Below are positions 30,354 to 38,072 of a DNA stretch of 64,000 bases, piece by piece; the first letter of the stretch is position 1, and every line of letters starts with the position of its first letter. The position numbers were made by a program, and so were the translations under genes. The notes under the pieces were generated by a model. It was not told the DNA's origin. It was given only the letters and a program-made list of their open reading frames with translations, and did not search any database. Origin of the DNA: a virus. The stretch is taken from the IMG/VR virus record IMGVR_UViG_3300043579_000184, positions 35,315 through 99,314 of that record. The stretch is one strand, 5' to 3'.

Positions 30354-31209
30354 CGCCGTCGCCGAGGCGGGCGCGTTCCGGCAGGAGCTGGCCGAGAATT
30401 TCTTCGCCTACGACGAGATCCGCACCATGCCTGCGGCGGATCAGGAGGCGCTGTTCCAGTTGCTGGCGCGGATTCAGGAGGGCGACACCAGCCTCCTCCG
30501 GGACATCTACACGCTGGTCTACGACGAAGTGCCGGTGGACATGGAGCAGTTCGTCCTCGGCCACCGCTTCCTGAACCTGCGCCACCGCATCAATCAGGAG
30601 AAGCTGGACATCCTGATTCAGTTCAGTCACCCGTCGGTCCGCAAGCTGTGGTGCGCGGCGGGGTCGGGCGGCGGCAAGAGCTTCATGGTGTCGGTGGTGC
30701 AGGCGTGGATGGTCTACCAGCTCCTGTGCCTGAAGCGGCCGGACCTGTTCTACATGCTGGGCCCGGGCTCCAAGATCGCCACCGTCAACCTGAGCGTGGG
30801 CAAGGACCAAGCGAAGGACGTGGTCTTCGGCGAGTTCGTCGGCCGCATCAAGGCGTGCCGCTGGTTTATCGGCAAGTTCGAGCCGCAGACCGGCCGGGTG
30901 CTCTTCCCCAAGAACGTCTTCGCCCTGTCGGGGGGCTCGGCGGCGACCAGCTACTACGGCTACCACACGATCATGGGCTCGCTCGACGAGGCGAGCTTCA
31001 TGATCGACCGGCAGGATCGCTCCGTGGCGGAGGAGTTGACCGAGGCGCTGGTCAAGTCGCTTTCGACCCGCTTCCCGAACGCCTACAAGCTGATGGTCAT
31101 CAGCACCCTGCGCTCGGACGATGATTTCCTCTACACCAACATCCAGCGGATCCGCGAGGAAGGCACCGAGGTGCTGACCCGGCACGACCCCTACGCCCCG
31201 CCGAGCTAG
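30325..31209 (+). CDS. terL: terminase large subunit, N-terminal ATPase part
   Basis: AGSGGGKS Walker A, NLSVGKDQA, IMGSLDEAS Walker B, VIST coupling motif; ends about 30 aa later. Confidence 0.85.
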   Translation: MEPEAPIRPSAVAEAGAFRQELAENFFAYDEIRTMPAADQEALFQLLARIQEGDTSLLRDIYTLVYDEVPVDMEQFVLGHRFLNLRHRINQEKLDILIQFSHPSVRKLWCAAGSGGGKSFMVSVVQAWMVYQLLCLKRPDLFYMLGPGSKIATVNLSVGKDQAKDVVFGEFVGRIKACRWFIGKFEPQTGRVLFPKNVFALSGGSAATSYYGYHTIMGSLDEASFMIDRQDRSVAEELTEALVKSLSTRFPNAYKLMVISTLRSDDDFLYTNIQRIREEGTEVLTRHDPYAPPS

Positions 31210-31250
31210 CTGTTTGTAGTTGGCGTGTGGATCGTGCTGTACGAGGCGCG

Positions 31251-32204
31251 ATGCCGGTCCTAGTCTCCAACTCGAACGGCGAAGACAGTTCCCCCGCGCA
31301 CCTGCGGGAGTTCAACCACTGTCACAACCCGACCGGCCCGGGGGGCGGGGAGTTCTGCTCGGCCCCGGATGCCGGGAGCGGCGGGGGCAGGGCGGGCAAG
31401 GGGTCGGCGGTCGCGCTGATGCAGCAGGCGCTGATCGGGGTGAAGGAGAACCCCCCGCGCCACCGGGTGCACCTGCCGTACGCCCTCGACCCGGGCATGA
31501 ACGCCCGCATGCAGGCGCACAGCGACGACCCGAAGGTGCAGTTCGCGTACATGCAGAAAAACTACCCGCGCGTGGTGCGGGCGGCCGAGGCGCTGGTCGC
31601 GAGTGTGGCCCCAGCGCACGCGGAGCTGCAACGGGGGCTGACACAGGTGGCGCAGCGGCTCGGGTTTCAGATGCACCACAACCCCGAGGACGAGGCGGCG
31701 CTCGCCGACGACAACGACTACGTGTTTATCGGACCGCTCAAGTCCGTGTCGCGCGTGACGACCAAGTCCGCGAAGAAGGGCGGCGATGTCGGGGAGGTGC
31801 GGGACATTCTGCGCGGCACGGTGGCCATGCAGGATCTGAACGACTTCCCGGCGACGTTGCACCGCCTCTCCGAGATCGGGGAGATCCTGCACGTCGATGA
31901 CCGGATGAGCAAGCCCACCCCGGGGGGCTACCGGGACTATCAGGTCATCCTCAAGCTGAAGACCTCCGGGCAACTGGTCGAGATGCTGATCCTGCCCAAG
32001 CCGATGCTCGCCGCGAAAAAGCACGGGCACGCCCCCTACGAGGAGGAACGGGCCCTCCCCACCGGGCACCCGCGTAAGGCCCAACTGAACCAGTTCATGC
32101 ACGACCTGTATAACGGAGCATGGATGCGATCACGTGGTACGCGGCAGGCCCTCGCCGTGCTGGGGTCGCTGGCGCTGGCGCTGGCTCCGGTGGTCCACAA
32201 ATGA
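31251..32204 (+). CDS. leader-family protein 1 with RelA/SpoT-like nucleotidyltransferase domain
   Basis: Leader HLREFNHCHNPTGPGGGEFC; KSVSRVTTK, VRDILRG, GGYRDYQV, VEM motifs. Confidence 0.7.
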   Translation: MPVLVSNSNGEDSSPAHLREFNHCHNPTGPGGGEFCSAPDAGSGGGRAGKGSAVALMQQALIGVKENPPRHRVHLPYALDPGMNARMQAHSDDPKVQFAYMQKNYPRVVRAAEALVASVAPAHAELQRGLTQVAQRLGFQMHHNPEDEAALADDNDYVFIGPLKSVSRVTTKSAKKGGDVGEVRDILRGTVAMQDLNDFPATLHRLSEIGEILHVDDRMSKPTPGGYRDYQVILKLKTSGQLVEMLILPKPMLAAKKHGHAPYEEERALPTGHPRKAQLNQFMHDLYNGAWMRSRGTRQALAVLGSLALALAPVVHK

Positions 32205-32425
32205 CGACGCGCTTTTTCTCGGATGAAGGGGACATCCTCCGGGCGCGGGCCGCAGGCCGGGACGCCCCGCTCGACAAGTACTACGTCACGCACGGGTGGG
32301 TACCGCACGGGCTGAGGGTGGGAGACATCGAGTTCCCCTCGGTGCTCGACGCGGAGACGGCGGCCCGGAAGATCCGGGCCATGGGGGTCTCGGCGACGGC
32401 GGCCGCCAAGGCGGTGCAGGGATGA
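32201..32425 (+). CDS. small protein translationally coupled to leader protein 1
   Basis: ATGA overlaps at both ends. Confidence 0.55.
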   Translation: MTTRFFSDEGDILRARAAGRDAPLDKYYVTHGWVPHGLRVGDIEFPSVLDAETAARKIRAMGVSATAAAKAVQG

Positions 32426-33414
32426 TCCGACTCGTGCCCAACTCGAACGGCGAAGACAACAGCCTGCCGGGCACCCGCGCCTTCGCCCTGCTGGACGAGT
32501 ACAACCACTGCCACAACCCGGAAGGCGCGGCGGGCGGCCAGTTCTGCGCGACCGAGGGAGGCGGGGCCAAGGGCCCGGCGAAGGTCAAGGGCCCGAACGC
32601 GGCCCCCGGCGGCACGCCCGGCCAGCCGAGACCCATTCCGGGGACGGCCGCCGAGGTCACGGAGGCGGTCAAGAAGGCCAAGCCGATTCAGGTCAAGACC
32701 GTGGAGGAAGCGGTCGCGCTGGTCCTGCAGGGCAAGGCGGTCGAGGTCGAGAACGAGGCGGCGGTCGCGACCCTGCTCGACAAGCTCGGGGCGATGGTGC
32801 AGGACGCCTTGGACAAGGGGGAGGACGCGCCCGACTACGACCTGTGCAACGTCTCGGTGAAGGGGACCAACCTGTTCTGTACCGAGCGGCTGCGGACCAA
32901 GGAGCACCCTGAGGGGATCGTGCGGATCCTGATGCCGCAGTTCACGGGTCCGGCCCGGCCGGGCAGCCCGGCGGACCAGTTGCCCCGGTCCGTGCACCAA
33001 GGGCAGGTGACCGACCGGGTCGATGGGGCGCTGGCGTTTGTGGACTTCCTCGAAGCCCAAGGCATCGAGGTTGGCGACCGCGAAGATGTCCCGGCGGCGA
33101 GCCTGAAGGCGACCCAGTCGCAGCTCATTGGTCCCAAAGTCGCGGAGATGGTGCTGAAGGGCGGGTCGGAGGGACAGGGCTCCGGCGAACCGGCGTTCAT
33201 CAGCTCGGACGGCTATGTGCTCGACGGCCACCATCGCTGGGCCGCCAACGTGTGGCGGGACTTGCAGCAGCGACGGAAGGCCGCCGGGCAGGTCACGATG
33301 CCGGTCTACCGGATCAACCTGCCGATCAGCAAGCTGTACCATATCGCGGTGGCGTGGACGGACGAGTTCGGGATTCTGCCTGCTGCAGGCGGGCCGAAGA
33401 AGAAAAAGAAGTAG
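32422..33414 (+). CDS. leader-family protein 2 with ParB/Srx-like domain
   Basis: Leader LLDEYNHCHNPEGAAGGQFC; LKATQSQL...FISSDGYVLDGHHRWAA. Confidence 0.7.
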   Translation: MIRLVPNSNGEDNSLPGTRAFALLDEYNHCHNPEGAAGGQFCATEGGGAKGPAKVKGPNAAPGGTPGQPRPIPGTAAEVTEAVKKAKPIQVKTVEEAVALVLQGKAVEVENEAAVATLLDKLGAMVQDALDKGEDAPDYDLCNVSVKGTNLFCTERLRTKEHPEGIVRILMPQFTGPARPGSPADQLPRSVHQGQVTDRVDGALAFVDFLEAQGIEVGDREDVPAASLKATQSQLIGPKVAEMVLKGGSEGQGSGEPAFISSDGYVLDGHHRWAANVWRDLQQRRKAAGQVTMPVYRINLPISKLYHIAVAWTDEFGILPAAGGPKKKKK

Positions 33415-33447
33415 AGATTATCCCGCCTGTGGTGCTAACCTACTGCC

Positions 33448-33822
33448 ATGCCGAGCTTCCTCGTCCCGCTGCACGAACACAACGACTGCCACACCCCGGC
33501 GGGCTCGTCGGCGGGCGGCCAGTTCTGCGGCACGGGCGGCGGCAAGGGTAAGGGCAAGGGCAAGGCGGCCGACGACCCGGACCGCGAGGGGTTCGAGTTC
33601 GTCATGCGGGACGCCAGCCGCCGAGGGGCCTCCCAGCGGGACATCCAGCAGATGGACGCCGGGAACCTCAATTTCCGGGTCCGGTTGCGCGGCTACCCGA
33701 CGATCATCCCGGTCGCGCGGGTAGCGAGCGGGATGTTCCGGCTCCCGGACGACGACACCGACTACACGATGGATCAGGCGCGGGAGAAGGCGGTCGCCCG
33801 CATCCGGAAGGCCCATGCCTGA
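33448..33822 (+). CDS. leader-family protein 3, unknown cargo
   Basis: MPSFLVPLHEHNDCHTPAGSSAGGQFC. Confidence 0.75.
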   Translation: MPSFLVPLHEHNDCHTPAGSSAGGQFCGTGGGKGKGKGKAADDPDREGFEFVMRDASRRGASQRDIQQMDAGNLNFRVRLRGYPTIIPVARVASGMFRLPDDDTDYTMDQAREKAVARIRKAHA

Positions 33823-34042
33823 CAGCGGCGACAGCCGTCTCCGCGTGCTGGAAGAGCAGGTTATCGAGCTGCAGGGCCACCTGCAGGCGGTGCGCGCCGC
33901 GCGCACCACGGCCGAGCAGGCGCTGGCCCTCGTGCGGGACACGCTCGCGCGGGAAGTAGACGAGACCTACGCGAACGGCCGGGGCGAGTACCGGGCCGGG
34001 CTGGAACGCGCCATGGTCCTCATCGACCGGCAGCTCGCCTGA
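33815..34042 (+). CDS. small coiled-coil protein
   Basis: Overlaps the stop of leader protein 3. Confidence 0.5.
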   Translation: MPDSGDSRLRVLEEQVIELQGHLQAVRAARTTAEQALALVRDTLAREVDETYANGRGEYRAGLERAMVLIDRQLA

Positions 34043-34148
34043 AGCTCCTCGCACCCCAGTCGGTGCCCCCTTTGTCACCGCTGGAATGTGTGTCCACCTG
34101 TGTGGCCCCCGAGCAGCGGAGATCATCGGGGGCGCGTCTGGAGGCGGC

Positions 34149-34292
34149 ATGAACCTGCTCGTGGTGCTGATCATTCTGTTGCTGCTGTTCGGGGGCGGCG
34201 GGTTCTACGTTGGCGGCCCGCGCGTGGGCGGCAGCCTCGGCGGGGTCATCCTGATCATCCTGCTCATCCTGCTGCTGACCGGCCGACTGTAG
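34149..34292 (+). CDS. DUF3309-like small membrane protein
   Basis: MNLLVVLIILLLLFGGGGFY...GGSLGGVILIILLILLLTGRL. Confidence 0.7.
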   Translation: MNLLVVLIILLLLFGGGGFYVGGPRVGGSLGGVILIILLILLLTGRL

Positions 34293-34892
34293 ATGATGCC
34301 GAGCTTCCTGCGCCCCCTGCACGAGGGCAACGACTGCCATAACCCGGCCGGGCCGGGGGGCGGACAGTTCTGCTCTGATGCCGGGGCTGCGCCAGTGAGC
34401 TGTGGCCCGGCGGGGCAGTGCTTCGCCAACGTCAACCGGTGGAACGCCCGACACGGCGAGAAGACCGACCGGGTGGTCCACGGGCAGGTCACCAACGTCG
34501 AGGGGAAGCGCTTCGCGCACGCATGGGTCGAGCGCGCAGACGGCACGGTGGTGGACCCGACGGCCGGGGTGACGATGCCCAAGCAGAAGTTCTACGACCT
34601 GATGGACGCCAGCGCCGAGGCGTCCTACACCAGCACCGACGCGGTCCGCCACCAGATCCGGGCGATGCACCACGGGCCGTGGACAGCAGCGGACCTTGGC
34701 CCCCGCAGCCGGACGATTGCCGACACCCTGCCGGGCATCCGCGCCCGCTCGAAAGCGGCCGTGAAGACGATGGTCACCTCCTACGGACTGACGCTGAAGA
34801 AGGCCACGCGCGACGACGACGGCTCGTGGATCGTCACCGTCGAGGGGGACCGCTCGGACATCGAGCACCTGTCGCGGGACACGGAGGGCTGA
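34293..34892 (+). CDS. leader-family protein 4 with papain/transglutaminase-like domain
   Basis: MPSFLRPLHEGNDCHNPAGPGGGQFC; GQCFAN...FAHAWVE...VVDPT (C-H-D). Confidence 0.65.
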   Translation: MMPSFLRPLHEGNDCHNPAGPGGGQFCSDAGAAPVSCGPAGQCFANVNRWNARHGEKTDRVVHGQVTNVEGKRFAHAWVERADGTVVDPTAGVTMPKQKFYDLMDASAEASYTSTDAVRHQIRAMHHGPWTAADLGPRSRTIADTLPGIRARSKAAVKTMVTSYGLTLKKATRDDDGSWIVTVEGDRSDIEHLSRDTEG

Positions 34893-35821
34893 TGCCCTGC
34901 TTCCTCGTCCCGCTCCATGAGAGCAACGACTGTCACAACCCCGGCGGCAGCCCGGCAGGCGGCGAGTTCTGCTCAGACACCGGGAGCGGCGGCGGCCGTG
35001 CGGCGGAGATCGAAGCGCGGATGCGGGCAGGCGCGAACCTGACCCCGCACGAGCGGGAGCACGCCCCGGCGCTGGCCAAGGCCGAAGCGGAGATCGAGGC
35101 GCTGCTGGCGGCGGGCGGCGACACCCTGACGCGGCACTTCGTCAACGGGGAGTGGACCGCCGAGCGCCGCGCGCTGCACGCGCAGATCCTCGAACGGTAC
35201 TTCCGGGAGGCGGGCGACCTGCCAACCGGGCTGGCTGAGCCGACCGCGATCATCCTTGCGGGCCTGCCGGGGGCCGGGAAGAGCACGGCGACCAAGAAGT
35301 GGCTGGACACCTCACAGGCCATCGTGGCCGAGGCCGACAAGCTCAAGGCGCTACTGCCGGAGTACACCGGCTCGAACGCGCCGATTGTCCAGCGGGAGTC
35401 CTCGTATCTGGCCAATCTGGTGGTCGAGATCGCCATGCGGCGGCGGATGAACGTCGTGGTAGACGGGACGATGCGCGAGCTGGGCACCGAGGACGCGGGG
35501 GTGCTGGACGGGGCCTTCGGGAAGCTCGTGGCCCTGCACGAGGCAGGCTTCCGGACCGAAGTGGTGCTGGTCGATGTGACGACGAACCAGTCCATCCAGC
35601 GGGTCATCGAGCGATTCCTCCGGGACGGGCGCTACGTGCCGCCCAGTGCCATCCGGAAGTCGGTGACCGCCGACGGGACGCCGACGCCGACGGCGACCTT
35701 CGACATCGTGAAGGACGCGCGGCGGCGCGGGGTGCATCTGGTGGATGCGTGGTCGCACTACGACGGGTGGACCGGCACGCGGAAGGGGGGGCGGGGGCAG
35801 CACCGCCTGACGAAGTCATGA
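34892..35821 (+). CDS. leader-family protein 5 with zeta-toxin-like P-loop kinase
   Basis: MPCFLVPLHESNDCHNPGGSPAGGEFC; ILAGLPGAGKST, ADKLK, VVDGTM, RF..DGRYVP. Confidence 0.8.
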   Translation: MPCFLVPLHESNDCHNPGGSPAGGEFCSDTGSGGGRAAEIEARMRAGANLTPHEREHAPALAKAEAEIEALLAAGGDTLTRHFVNGEWTAERRALHAQILERYFREAGDLPTGLAEPTAIILAGLPGAGKSTATKKWLDTSQAIVAEADKLKALLPEYTGSNAPIVQRESSYLANLVVEIAMRRRMNVVVDGTMRELGTEDAGVLDGAFGKLVALHEAGFRTEVVLVDVTTNQSIQRVIERFLRDGRYVPPSAIRKSVTADGTPTPTATFDIVKDARRRGVHLVDAWSHYDGWTGTRKGGRGQHRLTKS

Positions 35822-35985
35822 CGAAGAAGACCCCGCCCAAGACGAAGCCGCCGACGGTGGCCGAGGTGACCATGGCCGACCTGTCTGACACCGGGGTGCC
35901 GGATACGCCAAAGACTCGTGCGGGGAGCGCGGAAACGGTACAGGCGGTCCTCGCCCGGCTGGGGAAGAAGAAGACGCCGCACTGA
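35818..35985 (+). CDS. small protein coupled to leader protein 5
   Basis: ATGA overlap; MTKKTPPKTKPP... Confidence 0.45.
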   Translation: MTKKTPPKTKPPTVAEVTMADLSDTGVPDTPKTRAGSAETVQAVLARLGKKKTPH

Positions 35986-35986
35986 C

Positions 35987-36694
35987 ATGCCCTGCTTCCT
36001 CGTGCCGCTGTACGAGTACAACCACTGTCACAACCCGGACGGGGCGGGTGGGGGCCAGTTCTGTTCGACGGTGACGCGCGTGGGGATTACCAGTGCCCGG
36101 CCAGCGGGGGCTCCAGACGCCCGTACGTCCCGGACGGTGTACCGAGACATGCACGCCGTGGCAGACCAGCTACGCGCGCTGCCGGGGGTCCGACGGGTCT
36201 CCGCCACGCCCGGTGTCGGCGCGTGGCAGGGGGGCCGGGAGTCGTCATGGATCGTGGCCTATCAGGGGAATGGGGAGGCGCGGCGGCTCTTGGCACGGGT
36301 CGGAGCCCAGTTCAATCAGGACGCGGTGCTGCTGATGCACGGGTGCCGGGGATCGACGTGTGACCCGGCGGTGGAGTTTCATTTCGACAAGCCGGTGAAC
36401 AGCCCCCTGATGGACGACATCGGCCAGCTACTGGGGTCCGAAGGGCTTGGCGGCTGGACGTGGGGGAAGCGGGCGGGGAAAACGGTGCTGCGGATGGTCA
36501 GTGTTCCGGCGTGGGGCGGGCGGCGCGACCTGCATCTCTCAGTGACCGCACGGCTCTCGACCATTCTGGCGGGGGTCGGGTTGACCCATCGGCGGCGGGT
36601 CAAGTCCGTTCGGACCGAAGTCATCGAGCGAGGCGATTACGCGCATGAATTGGGGACCAAATCTAAGCCCACCCGTGGTAGCATAGTAGCATGA
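35987..36694 (+). CDS. leader-family protein 6, unknown cargo
   Basis: MPCFLVPLYEYNHCHNPDGAGGGQFC. Confidence 0.75.
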   Translation: MPCFLVPLYEYNHCHNPDGAGGGQFCSTVTRVGITSARPAGAPDARTSRTVYRDMHAVADQLRALPGVRRVSATPGVGAWQGGRESSWIVAYQGNGEARRLLARVGAQFNQDAVLLMHGCRGSTCDPAVEFHFDKPVNSPLMDDIGQLLGSEGLGGWTWGKRAGKTVLRMVSVPAWGGRRDLHLSVTARLSTILAGVGLTHRRRVKSVRTEVIERGDYAHELGTKSKPTRGSIVA

Positions 36695-37116
36695 AACGCG
36701 AACATTTACAGCAGACGTATCAACGGGACGAGGCCGCGCAGCAGCGGGCCCTCGCGGCACTCCGCACGCGACTAGCGTCGGGACAGACGGGTCATCCCGA
36801 CCCCTTGGCCGACGCGCCGGAGGGGCCGGACCTGCCCGAGGCGGAGGACGAGGTTGTCGCAGAGATTCGGCCGAAATAACGAGCCCACCTGTGGTATCAT
36901 AATAGCGGAGGTGAGCTGATGGCTGCTGATATTCGCGTGTCGGGTGGGGGGTCGGTCTACCTGTTTACTCCGCTGTCAGAGGCCGGACGCTCGGCGCTGA
37001 CCGAGACGGTGGCGTCTGAGCCGTGGCAATGGTTGGGCGGGTCACTGGCGGTCGAGCACCGGTTCGCCGGAGACCTTGCGGAGGCCCTGCGGGCTGACGG
37101 GCTCGTGGTGGTCTGA
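36691..37116 (+). CDS. two small genes (36691-36879, 36919-37116), each preceded by a promoter-dyad copy
   Basis: GCCCACCCGTGG-TAGCAT at 36667 and GCCCACCTGTGG-TATCAT at 36883. Confidence 0.55.
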
Positions 37117-37154
37117 ACCGGAAGCTGAGAGCTTTGTAGGCCGTCTACTATAGG

Positions 37155-38072
37155 ATGCCCTGCTTCCTCGTCCCGCTGCACGAGTCGAACGACTGCCACC
37201 TGCCCGGCGGCAACCCGGAGGGGGGACAGTTCTGCGGCACCGGCGGCTGGGCAGCGGGCGGCGGCCGCACCAAGAGCCGCCGGGCGACGACCAGCGGGAT
37301 GCACCCGGCGACCGACAAGGAACGCCGCAAGCTCGTGATTCCTCCGGCCTACACCGACGTGATGGTCAGCGACGACCCGAAGGCCGAGCTGCGCGCCACG
37401 GCGGTGAGCCCGGCGACCGGCAACACGGCGTACTTCTACGCGCCGGGCTACAAGCAGCGGCAGCAGAAGGCGAAGTGGGACCGGATCGTCCGCGTGCAGA
37501 ACGGGGTCGAGCGCCTGAGCGCGCGGGTAGACAAGGCGCTCAGCAAACCGAGGGGCGCGGCCTACCACACGGCGATGACCGTGCGGCTGATCATGCAGAC
37601 CGGGATGCGAAACGGCACCGAGCCCGACGGCGAGACCTTCGGCGCGTCGAGCCTGCGGATGGAGCACGTCACCGTCGAGGGGGATGCCGTGCGGTTCCGC
37701 TTCCCCGGCAAGGGGGGCTTGGAGCACGACCTGACGGTGCACGACCCAGTGCTCGCCCGCTACGCCACGACCCGGCGGGGCCGGGAGACGCTGTTCCCCC
37801 ATACAGGGGCCGACACGCTGTCCTACCTCAAGACCGTCGGCGGCGACATCAAGGTGCACGACCTGCGGACGTGGTACGCCACGGTCTACGCGGACCATCT
37901 GGTCACCGAGGTGGTCACGCGCGGGCTGCAGCCCAAGACGAAGAAGGAGCAGAAGGCGCTCATGAAGCAGGTCTCGACCACGGTGTCGCAGCGGCTGGGG
38001 AACACGCCGGGCGTCACGCTCAAGACCTATATTCACCCGAGAATCTGGCACCAGATCGGATGGAGCGAGTGA
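37155..38072 (+). CDS. leader-family protein 7 with DNA topoisomerase IB domain
   Basis: MPCFLVPLHESNDCHLPGGNPEGGQFC; IPPAY, GMRNG, FPGKGG, HDLRT, LGNT, KTYIHP catalytic set. Confidence 0.85.
   Translation: MPCFLVPLHESNDCHLPGGNPEGGQFCGTGGWAAGGGRTKSRRATTSGMHPATDKERRKLVIPPAYTDVMVSDDPKAELRATAVSPATGNTAYFYAPGYKQRQQKAKWDRIVRVQNGVERLSARVDKALSKPRGAAYHTAMTVRLIMQTGMRNGTEPDGETFGASSLRMEHVTVEGDAVRFRFPGKGGLEHDLTVHDPVLARYATTRRGRETLFPHTGADTLSYLKTVGGDIKVHDLRTWYATVYADHLVTEVVTRGLQPKTKKEQKALMKQVSTTVSQRLGNTPGVTLKTYIHPRIWHQIGWSE

Noticed and set aside
37155-38072. Tyrosine integrase indicating a prophage
   Set aside because: The motifs (IPPAY, GMRNG, FPGK, LGNT, YIHP) fit topoisomerase IB; no att-like context or host genes flank the window.
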